In this document: in pieces, positions 44,809 through 56,660 of the stretch
Layout of the letters: every line of letters starts with the position of its first letter
How positions within the stretch are numbered: position 1 is the first letter of the stretch
NCBI GenBank assembly: GCA_048498715.1
Contig: JBEHXL010000006.1
Span: 45,272 to 109,271, forward strand
Length of the DNA: 64,000 bases
Reading direction: 5' to 3'
From: Actinomycetota bacterium
GTDB taxonomy: Bacteria > Actinomycetota > Acidimicrobiia > Acidimicrobiales > JACCXE01
Program-made: the position numbers and the translations under genes
Notes under the pieces: generated by a model
What the model saw: only the letters and a program-made list of their open reading frames with translations
Told to the model about the DNA's origin: nothing
Database searches by the model: none

Positions 44809-45094
44809 TCGCGACAAGAAGACCTTCGTGACGTTCCACAACGACCACCACGGCGACGGCATCCTCGGTATCTGGGCGGCGGCTCCTCCGGGTGCGCAAG
44901 AGGCACTGATCGCGTCGAATCCCGACGTCTATTACCGGCCCGCCTACGTCGGACACCGCGGGTGGGTCGGCATGAGGTTGGAGGGCGCGGTCAACTGGGA
45001 CGAAGCTGAAGGCGTGATCGAAGACGCCTATCGCGCCGTCGCGCCCAAGACGCTCGTCGCCGTGCTCGATCGGATGGTCGCCGGACGTGCGTAG
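44705..45094 (+). CDS. MmcQ/YjbR-family protein
   Basis: 129 aa from ATG 44705. LCLDLPEVNERASHGAPTWFIRDKKTFVTF resembles YjbR-family proteins. The upstream part of the track ORF is a shadow. Confidence 0.65.
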   Translation: MATTVAKVLEKVRALCLDLPEVNERASHGAPTWFIRDKKTFVTFHNDHHGDGILGIWAAAPPGAQEALIASNPDVYYRPAYVGHRGWVGMRLEGAVNWDEAEGVIEDAYRAVAPKTLVAVLDRMVAGRA

Positions 45095-45878
45095 CTCCGA
45101 CCCGTCCGAGCTGTGGTGGTACCACACGATCGAATTGCCGAACGGCGTCACCACAAAGGGCTGGTTCGACTGCCGGCCGGTCGTCAGCTCGCTCGGGTTT
45201 CCGTCGTCGTTGGCCGGCAAGCGCTGTCTCGACATCGGCACCTTCGACGGCTTCTGGGCCTACGAGATGGAGAGGCGCGGCGCGACCGACGTCACCGCGA
45301 TCGACGTCCTTGACCACACCAAATGGGACTGGCCTCCGGCGACGGACCCTGCGATCGTCGAGCAGACCGGACGCGCCAAGCGCGGCGGCCTCGGCTTCGA
45401 AGTCGCACGCGACCTGCTGCAGTCGAAGGTCGAGCGAATCGAGATGAGCGTCTACGACCTCGACCCGGACGTCCACGGGCAGTTCGACTTCATCTACATG
45501 GGCAGCCTGATCCTGCACCTGCAAGATCCGGTACGGGCGCTCGACGCAGTGCGCCGCGTGTGCCGCGGCGAAATCATCGGATGCGAAGGCATCGACCTCG
45601 CGCTCACGCTGTCGCACCCGCGCGCACCCGTCGCCGTGCTCAACGGTGTCGGTCGACCGTGGTGGTGGAGCCCGAACCTCGCCGGCCTCGCTCAGATGTA
45701 TCGGTCAGCGGGCTTCGAGGTGATCAGCAAGCCGAAGCTGATCTTCATGCCCATCGGCGAAGGCCAACCCAAGGCGAAACCGAACAAGCGCTGGCTGAAG
45801 ACGGGCGGCTTCCAGCAGGCGGTCGAGACGTACAAGGGCTCACCGCACGGCGCGATCCACGCGCGTCCCGCGGTCTAG
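45087..45878 (+). CDS. class I SAM-dependent methyltransferase
   Basis: 263 aa, GTG start. Motif I KRCLDIGTFDGFWAYEMERRGA and later FDFIYMGSLILHL. Confidence 0.75.
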   Translation: MRSSDPSELWWYHTIELPNGVTTKGWFDCRPVVSSLGFPSSLAGKRCLDIGTFDGFWAYEMERRGATDVTAIDVLDHTKWDWPPATDPAIVEQTGRAKRGGLGFEVARDLLQSKVERIEMSVYDLDPDVHGQFDFIYMGSLILHLQDPVRALDAVRRVCRGEIIGCEGIDLALTLSHPRAPVAVLNGVGRPWWWSPNLAGLAQMYRSAGFEVISKPKLIFMPIGEGQPKAKPNKRWLKTGGFQQAVETYKGSPHGAIHARPAV

Positions 45879-46292
45879 CTACTCGTCGGACGCCGCCGCT
45901 TCGGCGAGCCAGCCGCGCACTTCGTCGGTGACGTCAGCCGGTGAGTGCAGCTTCATCTCGTAGTAGGTGCGACTGGGGCCGGGCCACTTCTTGGTGATCG
46001 ACGGGTGGTTGAAGTCGCGGGGCAACTTGAAGATCAATTTCGACCACTTCGTCAGCGGACGCAGCTCGGCGAAGTTCGTCTTCTTCTTGAAGAAGACGCC
46101 GACGCTCACGTACTCGATACGCACGTCCTTGTCGGCCGCCGTCAACAGATCCTTGACCTCGTCATAGATCGGGCGCTCAAAGACGGGCCCGGTCGAGAAG
46201 TACTCGTCCTCCGTCATCGCCGGCGCACAGAGGTGGCCCTGGTTTGTCTTGCCGAACGTGCGCTTGCAGTTCGGACACGTCCACACAGCCAT
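45879..46292 (-). CDS. small protein with N-terminal zinc-ribbon-like motif
   Basis: 137 aa. WTCPNCKRTFGKTNQGHLC. The start overlaps the upstream cyclase stop as TGATG. Confidence 0.65.
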   Translation of the reverse strand: MAVWTCPNCKRTFGKTNQGHLCAPAMTEDEYFSTGPVFERPIYDEVKDLLTAADKDVRIEYVSVGVFFKKKTNFAELRPLTKWSKLIFKLPRDFNHPSITKKWPGPSRTYYEMKLHSPADVTDEVRGWLAEAAASDE

Positions 46293-47485
46293 CAGTGATC
46301 AATCGCGTACGTCTCGGTGAGGCCGAAGCCCTTGAGGTCAATGCTGTCGCGTAGGTTGACCTCGCCGGCCGCGGCCTTGAGCGACGCGTCGATGACGATC
46401 TCGCGGTGCTTCGCGTCCGAACAAAGGCGCGCCGCAAGGTTTACGCATACGCCCACCGGCGTGTAGTCCAGCCGTCCTTCGAACCCCACGACGCCAACCG
46501 TCGCGGTGCCATACGCGAGACCGATGCCGTAGCCGAGGTCGCCCCATCCTTCGGTCAGACGGTCGAGCTCGGTGGCGATTTCCCGCGCCATAGAGACGGC
46601 ATCGGTCGCGGCGTCGTCGTTACGAATCGGATCGCCGAGAAACGCGAAGACGCCGTCACCGTCGAACCCACCGATCGTGCCGTTGTAGCGGTCTACGACC
46701 GTGCCGACAGCCGCGTAGTACTCGTCGAGCACTGCGACAACCTGATCCGGCTCGCTTGCGTTCGTGAACGCCGTGAAACCGCGAAGGTCGACAAATGCAA
46801 CCGCGATCTCGCTGCGGTGCGGCGCGAGCGCGTCCTCGCCCGTCGTCAGGACATCGGCAACTTGGGGAGCGAGAAAGCGCCGGAACCGGCCGTTGATCGT
46901 GGTGAGTTGATGGCGCGCGTCGTCGAGCCGGTTCGCGAACGCACCGACGAGAACGCCGGTTGCCACGGCGGCCGCCATCACGTTGGCGAACTGCAGAAGC
47001 GGCGAAGGCGGGTCGTCGAGCACGCCGAGTGCAACCGCGAAGAGGCCGAGCGTTGTCACCGTCAGCGCCAGCGCCCACGGACGACGCAGTACGAAGAATC
47101 CCATCAACAGCAGTTCGACAAAAAAGACGGTGACGCCCCCGAAGTCCGAGCCGACGAATACGACGGCCATGTTCAATAACACCGCCCCTGCGAGAAGCAC
47201 TCCGCAGGCGACCGGCGGCAGCCAGATCTCGAGACGTTCTCGCGAACCGCGTGCGAGTGCGAACAGCCCAGCCGTGATCGCGGCGAACACCACGGCGGCG
47301 CCGGTCATACCGAGACGATCCCAACCGCGCAGGTGAGTGAACCCCAACACGTCGGGCAGCGTTGCCAGCGTGCCGATGCCGGCGAGCCACGCCATCGACG
47401 TGAGGATCGCCTGCGCCGACGACAGCCCGAGCGGGCGAGGCAGCGATCGGAATGGGCCGCGCCATTGAAGAAGCTCGTCGTCCAT
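46292..47485 (-). CDS. membrane-bound class III adenylate/guanylate cyclase, paralogue 1
   Basis: Hydrophobic N-terminal half. FVDLRGFTAFTN, GGFDGDGVFAFLGDP and VGVCVNLAARL motifs. ATG 47485 (the track starts at TTG 47488). Confidence 0.85.
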   Translation of the reverse strand: MDDELLQWRGPFRSLPRPLGLSSAQAILTSMAWLAGIGTLATLPDVLGFTHLRGWDRLGMTGAAVVFAAITAGLFALARGSRERLEIWLPPVACGVLLAGAVLLNMAVVFVGSDFGGVTVFFVELLLMGFFVLRRPWALALTVTTLGLFAVALGVLDDPPSPLLQFANVMAAAVATGVLVGAFANRLDDARHQLTTINGRFRRFLAPQVADVLTTGEDALAPHRSEIAVAFVDLRGFTAFTNASEPDQVVAVLDEYYAAVGTVVDRYNGTIGGFDGDGVFAFLGDPIRNDDAATDAVSMAREIATELDRLTEGWGDLGYGIGLAYGTATVGVVGFEGRLDYTPVGVCVNLAARLCSDAKHREIVIDASLKAAAGEVNLRDSIDLKGFGLTETYAIDH

Positions 47486-48684
47486 CAATGGGCCACCGCA
47501 TAGGTCGCGATCTCGCCGAAACCCTTTACGTCGACCTCCGGTCGTTTGGGCAGATCACCGAGCGCGGCCGCCGTGCGCAGGTTGTCGTCGACGACGATCT
47601 CGCCGTGCAGTGCATCCGCGCACAGGCGAGCAGCGAGGTTCACCGGGGCGCCCACGGGCGTGTAGTCGGCGCGATTCACGAAGCCGACCATGCCGAGCGT
47701 CGCCTCCCCAAAGGTGAGGCCGATGCCATAGCCGAGACCACCGCCCCACGACGCTGTGAGAGCGTCGAGCTTGGTTGCGATCTCTCGCGCCATCGCGACG
47801 GCTTCACCCGCCGGATCGTCGTGTGGCTTGGGATCACCGAGATACGCGAACACGCCGTCGCCGTCGAAGCCGCCGATAGTCGCGTCGTACGCGTCGAGGA
47901 CGGAGCCAACCGCGGAGTAGTACTCGTCGAGAACGCTCATGACGCGATCTGCGGTAACTGCGTTCGTAAAGGCGGTGAAGCCACGCAAATCCACGAAACA
48001 CACGGCGATGTTGCGTCGATGCGGAGCGAGCGCGTCTTCCTCTGCGATCACGTCCACGACTTGCGGCGCCAAGAATCGACGCAACCGTTCGTTAAGCCCC
48101 GCCAGATCTGTGCGAGCTTCGTCGATGCGCGACGCCATCCCGCCCACAAGCCTGCCCACACCGATCGCCATCGCTGCGACCACCAACCACTGCTCGACGG
48201 GATAGGGCGGATGGTTTTGCGCCACCAGGCTGACGGCGAACGCTCCCAACAGCCCGACGGAAAGCAGCTGTCCGTATCGCGGCCGGAAGAACATGAACGC
48301 ATAGAGCATCATCGGCGCGAAGAAGAGCACCGAGAAGCTGCTGTGCGGGCCGACCCAGTACGTCAGGAACGCGACAAGGAGCACCGACCCGGCGTTCGCC
48401 AACGCTGCCAGCCATCCCCCGTGGCGCAACATCTGTTCGTCGCTCATTCGCGGAACGACAACACCGAGAGCGACGGCGAAACCAACTGCAGTTGCTGCGG
48501 CGAACGCGATGCCGAAGGGATGGCGTCCATCATCAGTCGGCCAGGTCGCCCAGAACGGCGAGACGGCCAGCGCCGCGAGGGCATACATGATGCTCGCGGC
48601 GAAGAATGCTTGACGCAGGTCTCTCGGCTCCAGACGCGGGCGAATGACTCCGCCGAGCAGACCCGAATAGGGACTGTCGGACAT
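47485..48684 (-). CDS. membrane-bound class III adenylate/guanylate cyclase, paralogue 2
   Basis: 399 aa. Same architecture and motifs (FVDLRGFTAFTN, GGFDGDGVFAYLGDP, VNLAARL). Confidence 0.85.
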   Translation of the reverse strand: MSDSPYSGLLGGVIRPRLEPRDLRQAFFAASIMYALAALAVSPFWATWPTDDGRHPFGIAFAAATAVGFAVALGVVVPRMSDEQMLRHGGWLAALANAGSVLLVAFLTYWVGPHSSFSVLFFAPMMLYAFMFFRPRYGQLLSVGLLGAFAVSLVAQNHPPYPVEQWLVVAAMAIGVGRLVGGMASRIDEARTDLAGLNERLRRFLAPQVVDVIAEEDALAPHRRNIAVCFVDLRGFTAFTNAVTADRVMSVLDEYYSAVGSVLDAYDATIGGFDGDGVFAYLGDPKPHDDPAGEAVAMAREIATKLDALTASWGGGLGYGIGLTFGEATLGMVGFVNRADYTPVGAPVNLAARLCADALHGEIVVDDNLRTAAALGDLPKRPEVDVKGFGEIATYAVAH

Positions 48685-49904
48685 CAGTGATCGACCGCGT
48701 AGGTCTCTGTCACGCCAAAGCCCTTGAGGTCCACGTCGCCGCGGCGAGGAAGATCGCGCAGGTCGGCGGCCTTACGTAGGGCGTCGTCGATGAGGATCTC
48801 GCCGTGCTTGGCTTCCGCGCACAGGCGCGCCGCCATGTTCACGACCGCGCCGACCGGTGTGTAGTCGGACCGTCGAGCGAAGCCGACAACGCCCAGCGTC
48901 GCCTCGCCATACGCAATGCCAATGCCGTAGCCGACGCCAACTTCGTCGTCGGACCAAGCATCGGTCAGAACGTCGAGTCGTTTCGCGATCACGCGGCCCA
49001 ACTCGATCGCGTCGAACGCCGCGTTCGGATTCGGCACCGGATCTCCGAGGTAGGCAAATACGCCGTCACCGTCGAACCCACCGATCGTGGCGCGATGCGT
49101 CTCGAGGATCGTTCCCACGGCTTCGTAGTACTGGTCCAGAACAGCCATCACCCGCTCGGCGGCCACCGCGTTCGTGAACAGAGTGAAACCGCGCAGGTCG
49201 ACGAACAACGCTGCGATGTCAGCGCGATGCGGCTCCAAGAGTGTGGTCTGCTCGCTGACGGCGTCGGCCACCTCCGGCGCCAGGAAGCGACGCAGGCGTA
49301 CGTTCACGGAGGCGAACGCCGTGCGAGCGTCGTCCACCTTCTGGGCGTAGGCGCCGATCAGCACTCCCGTTGCCGCAGCGGCCGCGAGGACGTTCACGAT
49401 CTGTTGCAGAGGCGCCGGCGCGTCGTCGAGCAAGAGCACGGCGATCGAGTAGCCGATCATCGCCAGGACAGTGACGGTGACGGCCCACGGACGTCGCAAC
49501 AGCACAAAGGCCAGAATTGGCACCTCGACGAAGTAGACGGCCGCGTTGCCGAACGTCGGCCCGACGAAATAGATGGCCGACGACAGAATCGTGATCGAAC
49601 CGGCAAACGCTGCGGCTGAGACCGCCGGCATAAGCCATTCCATCGTCTCGCGCGACGTCCAACGAACGGGGACGATGCAGACCGCCGCGCTGATCGCAAA
49701 GACGGCCAACGAGGCCATGCCGGCACGGTTCGCTTGCTCGAGATGGGTGATTCCACACACGTAGAGAAGCGCGGCAGCGCCGCCCATGAAGTAGAGGATT
49801 CCTGTGGCGAGCGTGATGCTTCGTACCGACTCGACGTCGAGGGGGCGCAACAGACGAGCGAACGGCCCCCGCCAGCTGAGTACCTCGCTTTCCTCCGCCA
49901 CCAC
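48684..49904 (-). CDS. membrane-bound class III adenylate/guanylate cyclase, paralogue 3
   Basis: GTG 49904 (or 49901) gives VVAEESEVLSWRGPF, aligning with paralogue 1 MDDELLQWRGPF. The longer 499-aa track ORF would overlap the divergent yceH-like gene. Confidence 0.8.
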   Translation of the reverse strand: MVAEESEVLSWRGPFARLLRPLDVESVRSITLATGILYFMGGAAALLYVCGITHLEQANRAGMASLAVFAISAAVCIVPVRWTSRETMEWLMPAVSAAAFAGSITILSSAIYFVGPTFGNAAVYFVEVPILAFVLLRRPWAVTVTVLAMIGYSIAVLLLDDAPAPLQQIVNVLAAAAATGVLIGAYAQKVDDARTAFASVNVRLRRFLAPEVADAVSEQTTLLEPHRADIAALFVDLRGFTLFTNAVAAERVMAVLDQYYEAVGTILETHRATIGGFDGDGVFAYLGDPVPNPNAAFDAIELGRVIAKRLDVLTDAWSDDEVGVGYGIGIAYGEATLGVVGFARRSDYTPVGAVVNMAARLCAEAKHGEILIDDALRKAADLRDLPRRGDVDLKGFGVTETYAVDH

Positions 49905-49934
49905 CGCGCAATTCTTGCGCGTAGGGTCAGGCGC

Positions 49935-52257
<2,323 letters not shown>

Positions 52258-52260
52258 CTC

Positions 52261-52635
52261 ATGGGTGTTCGTGCGGCGACGTCATGGGAGGGCGACTCCC
52301 TTGTCGTCACCCCGGTCGGCTTTTGGGCGAAGTTCTGGTGCCTGCGAAGCCGGCTGGTGATTCCGTTCGCGAAGATCGTGCGGGCCGAAACGACCAACGA
52401 GCCCCGACGATTTTTTCGCTGGTGGGCGCGCCTCGGGGGCTCGTCGGTGCCAGGTCTCGTGCAAGCCGGACGGTTTGGTTTCTTCCAACCACGGAGCTTC
52501 CTGGTCCTCGGTACAGGCCGACCCGCCGTTGTCATCACCACTGAAGATTTTCGCTACCGCTACGTGTTGTTCTCGAATGACGAACCCGAATCAACAGCGC
52601 GCAAGATAGAAAAGGCGATCGAGCGCCGCGCGTGA
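52261..52635 (+). CDS. hypothetical protein
   Basis: 124 aa, starting 3 nt after the thiC stop and overlapping the next gene by 4 nt. No motif recognised. Confidence 0.55.
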   Translation: MGVRAATSWEGDSLVVTPVGFWAKFWCLRSRLVIPFAKIVRAETTNEPRRFFRWWARLGGSSVPGLVQAGRFGFFQPRSFLVLGTGRPAVVITTEDFRYRYVLFSNDEPESTARKIEKAIERRA

Positions 52636-53975
52636 TCGACGAACTGCGTCGCATCGTCGGTGCGATGAACGTGCTCGACGATCCGTCGATCACCGAGCGG
52701 TATACGACGGATTGGACGCGCCGGTTTCGCGGGCCCGCTTCGGTCGTCGTACGACCACACGCCACCGAGGAAGTGGGCGCGGTAGTCGCATGGTGCGCGG
52801 CGAACGGTGTCGCGATCGTGCCGCAGGGTGGCAACACCGGACTCGTCGGTGGTGGCGTTGCGCTTGACGGTGAGATCACGCTCTCGCTCGAGCGAATGAA
52901 CATGATCGAGTCGGTTGATCCGGTCGCCGGGCAACTCGTCGCGCAAGCCGGCGTCACGCTGGCCGACGTGCAGCGCGCTGCGCTCGACGCAGGGTGGGAG
53001 TACGGCGTCGACATTGCCGCACGCGACAGCGCCACGATCGGCGGCACCGTCGCCACCAACGCCGGCGGACTGCGCGTGATGCGCTACGGCGACACGCGCC
53101 GGCAACTCATCGGCGTCGAGATCGTGACGGGCACCGGTACCGTCATCAGCGAGTTGTCCGGCGTGCTGCGGAACAACACCGGCTATCACCTTCCGTCGCT
53201 TGTGGCCGGTAGCGAGGGCACCCTCGGCGTGATCACGAGAGTTCGGTTGCGGCTGGTTCCTCATCTCACCGAACGTTCCACCATGCTCATTCGCTTCGAC
53301 AGCGACACCGACGCGTGCACCGCAGCCGAGATGCTGCGCCGCGTGTTGCCGAGCGCCGAGTCCGTCGAGCTGTTCTTTGCCGACGGGCTTCGCCTCGTAT
53401 GCGACACGTTCGACCTCCCGCCGCCGTTCGCCGATACCGAAGGTGGTTACGTGCTGGTCGAAGCCGCCGACGTGACCGACCCGACCGAGCAACTCGGCAT
53501 TGCGGTCGGCGCGCTCCGGGGCGTGAGCGACGTCGCGGTTGCGACCGACTCGGCACGACGAGCCGGGCTGTGGCAGTACCGCGAGCTGCACACGGACGCG
53601 ATCTCCCGGGCCGGCGTGCCCCACAAGCTGGACATCGCCGTGCCGGCCGGCGACATGGCCGCGTTTGTCGCGACCGTGCCGAACGTGATCGAGGGGGCCT
53701 CGCCCGGAGCACGGCCGATCCTGTTCGGCCATGCCGGCGAAGCCGCGCTGCACGTGAACGTGCTCGGTCCGTCGCCCGACGACTACGCGGTCGATGACGC
53801 GGTGCTGAAACTCGTCGCCGAACACGGCGGCTCGATCAGCGCGGAACACGGGATCGGCCGCGCCAAGCGCGCTCATCTCGATCTCGCGTACGGCGCCCAA
53901 GACCAAGCCTTGCGTCGCGGCATCAAAGGCGCCTTCGATCCGCACGGGATCATGAACCCGGCGGTGCTCATATGA
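52632..53975 (+). CDS. FAD-linked oxidase (GlcD / D-lactate dehydrogenase-like)
   Basis: 447 aa. VVRPHATEEVGAVVAWCAANGVAIVPQGGNTGLVGG FAD-binding PCMH-type motif. Confidence 0.85.
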   Translation: MIDELRRIVGAMNVLDDPSITERYTTDWTRRFRGPASVVVRPHATEEVGAVVAWCAANGVAIVPQGGNTGLVGGGVALDGEITLSLERMNMIESVDPVAGQLVAQAGVTLADVQRAALDAGWEYGVDIAARDSATIGGTVATNAGGLRVMRYGDTRRQLIGVEIVTGTGTVISELSGVLRNNTGYHLPSLVAGSEGTLGVITRVRLRLVPHLTERSTMLIRFDSDTDACTAAEMLRRVLPSAESVELFFADGLRLVCDTFDLPPPFADTEGGYVLVEAADVTDPTEQLGIAVGALRGVSDVAVATDSARRAGLWQYRELHTDAISRAGVPHKLDIAVPAGDMAAFVATVPNVIEGASPGARPILFGHAGEAALHVNVLGPSPDDYAVDDAVLKLVAEHGGSISAEHGIGRAKRAHLDLAYGAQDQALRRGIKGAFDPHGIMNPAVLI

Positions 53976-54337
53976 ACCTGCGTTACGACGAGCGGCCGGA
54001 CGACGACACGCCCGTCCACACCGAGGACCTGCCGGCCACGCCGACCCGCGACCGCAACATCAAGGCAACCGCGTGGATCGAAGCACCCGGCGAGTTACTG
54101 CACCTCGGCGACGACCTGCCCGACCAGCCGGTCGCCGACTACAAGCGCAAGATCGGCGACTGGTACCTGTGGCGCGCCGGGCCCGCGAGCGGCGGCGACG
54201 CTTGCTACTTCGCGACCAACCTCGCCCAGCACGTCACCTTGCGGCTGTTCCCCGACGGGTCCGCCGACGGTCTCGGTCCCGATGGTTCGCACCACACGCG
54301 CTTCCGGGCGTGGAAAGAATCACTCCTCGGCCGCTGA
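53972..54337 (+). CDS. hypothetical protein
   Basis: 121 aa. 4-nt overlap with the upstream gene. Acidic N-terminus. No motif recognised. Confidence 0.5.
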   Translation: MNLRYDERPDDDTPVHTEDLPATPTRDRNIKATAWIEAPGELLHLGDDLPDQPVADYKRKIGDWYLWRAGPASGGDACYFATNLAQHVTLRLFPDGSADGLGPDGSHHTRFRAWKESLLGR

Positions 54338-54342
54338 CAAAC

Positions 54343-54393
54343 GCAGCCTGTGATTTTTGAGGGCAAAGACCGCACTCAGAAATCACAGGCTGC
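54343..54393. terminator. long hairpin between convergent genes
   Basis: GCAGCCTGTGATTT (54343-54356) pairs perfectly with AAATCACAGGCTGC (54380-54393). The stem can extend inward with one mismatch. The region is locally AT-rich. Confidence 0.55.
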
Positions 54394-54405
54394 ATTGACA
54401 AAGAC

Positions 54406-55461
54406 TTAGCCGTTGGGGACGACGAGGATCTTGCAATCCTTCTCGGGGTCGCCCAGTGCGGCGAACGCATCGGCGACGCCGTCGAGGCCGACCTCGCTGG
54501 TGATCATCGGCTTCACGTCGATCTCGCCCTCGGCGATCGAGCGCAGCGAGCCGGCGAACTCCATCGGGTCGTACCCGAGGCAGAACTGCATGTCGATCTC
54601 TTTGGTGATCGCGAAGAACGGCATGACGGTGTCGGGCTCCATGCACACACCGACCACGGTCACCTTCGTGCGCGCAGGTGCCCACTGCAGGATGTTGTTG
54701 ATGATGCCGGGCACACCGATCGCCTCGAACACATGGAGCTGCTTGCCGCCTCCGGCGCGATTCCATGCGTCCCACGACGTCTCGACGTTCGGGTCGACGG
54801 CTTCGGTCGCGCCCATCGTCACCGCCATCTCCCGACGCTTCGGTGAGAAGTCCGCCGCGATGATCGTTTCGATGCCCTTGACTTTGAGTCCCGCGATGAT
54901 TGCGAGGCCGACGGGACCACAGCCGAGCACGAGCGCGCCTTCACCAGGCTTGATGCCGGAGCGGTTCACACCGTGCATGCCCACGGCCATCGGTTCGGTG
55001 AGCGCGGCGAGCTTGGGATCGAGCCCATTCGGCACCTCGATCAGCATCGGCGCGGAGAGGATCATGCGCTCGGCGTAACCGCCCATCACTTCGTTCGAGT
55101 ACACGATCGGGCGCACCATCGTCGGGCCGCCCAAGAGGATCGGGATCGACGTGACGATCGTGTCGGGCTTGAACGTCTCGGTGCCGGGACCGGCCTCGAG
55201 CACGCGAGCCGAGAACTCGTGGCCCATCCACACGTCCTTCGACAGGTCGACGGTGGGCGAACCGAGTTCGGCCATCGGACCCATGCCCTTCATCTCCTTG
55301 CCCAGCGCCATCATCGAGGCCCCGTGCTTGGCGAAGTGGAGGTCCGAACCGCAAATGCCGCACGCGCAAACCTCGACGAGCACGTCGCCCGTGCCCGGCA
55401 CCGGATCCGGCGCGTTGTCGTTGACGTAAATCGAACCGTCTTTGAGAGCTGCTGCGCGCAC
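54406..55461 (-). CDS. zinc-dependent alcohol dehydrogenase (MDR family)
   Basis: 351 aa. CGICGSDLH zinc motif and GCGPVGL Rossmann motif. Confidence 0.85.
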   Translation of the reverse strand: MRAAALKDGSIYVNDNAPDPVPGTGDVLVEVCACGICGSDLHFAKHGASMMALGKEMKGMGPMAELGSPTVDLSKDVWMGHEFSARVLEAGPGTETFKPDTIVTSIPILLGGPTMVRPIVYSNEVMGGYAERMILSAPMLIEVPNGLDPKLAALTEPMAVGMHGVNRSGIKPGEGALVLGCGPVGLAIIAGLKVKGIETIIAADFSPKRREMAVTMGATEAVDPNVETSWDAWNRAGGGKQLHVFEAIGVPGIINNILQWAPARTKVTVVGVCMEPDTVMPFFAITKEIDMQFCLGYDPMEFAGSLRSIAEGEIDVKPMITSEVGLDGVADAFAALGDPEKDCKILVVPNG

Positions 55462-56654
55462 TACTTACCTGCCTTCTCGTCGTCCTTTTCCTGGACGTGG
55501 GACTGGATGGCGTTCATCATCGCCTGCCCAGCGCGGCCGAACAGCTCGCCGCGCTTCTTGGTGGCCCAGTCGTGCGACGTGGTCGGCGCGTTGAGCTGGC
55601 CCTGGAAGTGCGGGATGACCTTCTCGGCGAAGAGGCGGTAGCAGTTCTTCGTGCGCTCCGGCGACGCCCAGTCGTGGCCGAGCATGAGGAACGTACCGAA
55701 GCCACCCGACTGCTCGATGAGGCCTTCGATGTATTCGATCGCGTCGTCGGGCGTGCCGATCACCGCGGAGGGCGAATTCGCGTACGCCTCGACGAACTCG
55801 CGCGGCGGCGTGTTGCCGTCGACCTTCTCGGCGAGCGGCACAAAGCCGGCGCCGCCGCCGAAGTAACCGGCGAACTCCTTGAGGCCGTAGAGGCAGTCGT
55901 CGATCGCCTGCTCGCGCGTCTCGGCGATGTGCATCGAACCGAGGATGCGCCAGTTGCGACGGTCCGGCGTGTTGCCGACCTTCTCCGCGGCCTCGGTCAC
56001 GACGTTCCACGCGTTACCGATCGCCGCGAAGCCGTCGGCCATCTGCATCGACAGCGACAGCAGCGACGCGTTGTGCTTGCCCGCAAGGACAGGCCCGGAC
56101 GGCGTGACCATCGCGGCGACCGCGATCTCGGGATGCGGCCACGTGTACGGGCGCATCTGCAGACGGCAGTCCTTCATGACGAACCAGTCGGTCTCACGCG
56201 AGACCGGTTCCTCCGACGCGAACAACGCGTAGATCGCCTCGAGCGACTCTTCCATCATGCGGCGCTGGTTCACCGGATCGATGCCCATTTGGTAGGCGTC
56301 GGTCGGCAGCGCGCCGGGGCCGGTGCCGAAGATCACGCGCCCGCGCGTCATGTGGTCGAGCTGCACCCAACGGTCGGCGACGAGCCACGGGTGGTGGTAC
56401 GGCAGCGAGGTCACGCCGGTGCCGAGCTTGATGTTCTTGGTGCGCTGCGCGGCCGCCGCGATGAAGATCTCGGGCGAGCCGATCAGCTCGTAGCCGCCCG
56501 AGTGGTGCTCACCGAACCAGACCTCGTTGTAGCCGTACTTGTCGAGCCACTCGGCGCGGTCGAGGTCGTACTCGAAGGCCAGCGTCGGGCTCTGACCGAC
56601 GGGGTGGAACGGCGCAAAGAACGCACCGAAGTTGAGAGGCCATTCCTGAGGCAT
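55461..56654 (-). CDS. LLM-class (luciferase-like) flavin-dependent oxidoreductase
   Basis: 397 aa. VWFGEHHSGGYE and overall luciferase-like pattern. Confidence 0.75.
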   Translation of the reverse strand: MPQEWPLNFGAFFAPFHPVGQSPTLAFEYDLDRAEWLDKYGYNEVWFGEHHSGGYELIGSPEIFIAAAAQRTKNIKLGTGVTSLPYHHPWLVADRWVQLDHMTRGRVIFGTGPGALPTDAYQMGIDPVNQRRMMEESLEAIYALFASEEPVSRETDWFVMKDCRLQMRPYTWPHPEIAVAAMVTPSGPVLAGKHNASLLSLSMQMADGFAAIGNAWNVVTEAAEKVGNTPDRRNWRILGSMHIAETREQAIDDCLYGLKEFAGYFGGGAGFVPLAEKVDGNTPPREFVEAYANSPSAVIGTPDDAIEYIEGLIEQSGGFGTFLMLGHDWASPERTKNCYRLFAEKVIPHFQGQLNAPTTSHDWATKKRGELFGRAGQAMMNAIQSHVQEKDDEKAGK

Positions 56655-56660
56655 TGATTC

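Noticed and set aside
45879-49904. Cyclase array as a Pycsar/CBASS-type antiphage signalling system
   Set aside because: No effector with a nucleotide-sensing domain fused to TIR, TM, nuclease or phospholipase is adjacent. The cyclases carry their own membrane sensor halves, like ordinary signalling cyclases. The only cNMP-binding protein is 10 kb away with no killing domain.
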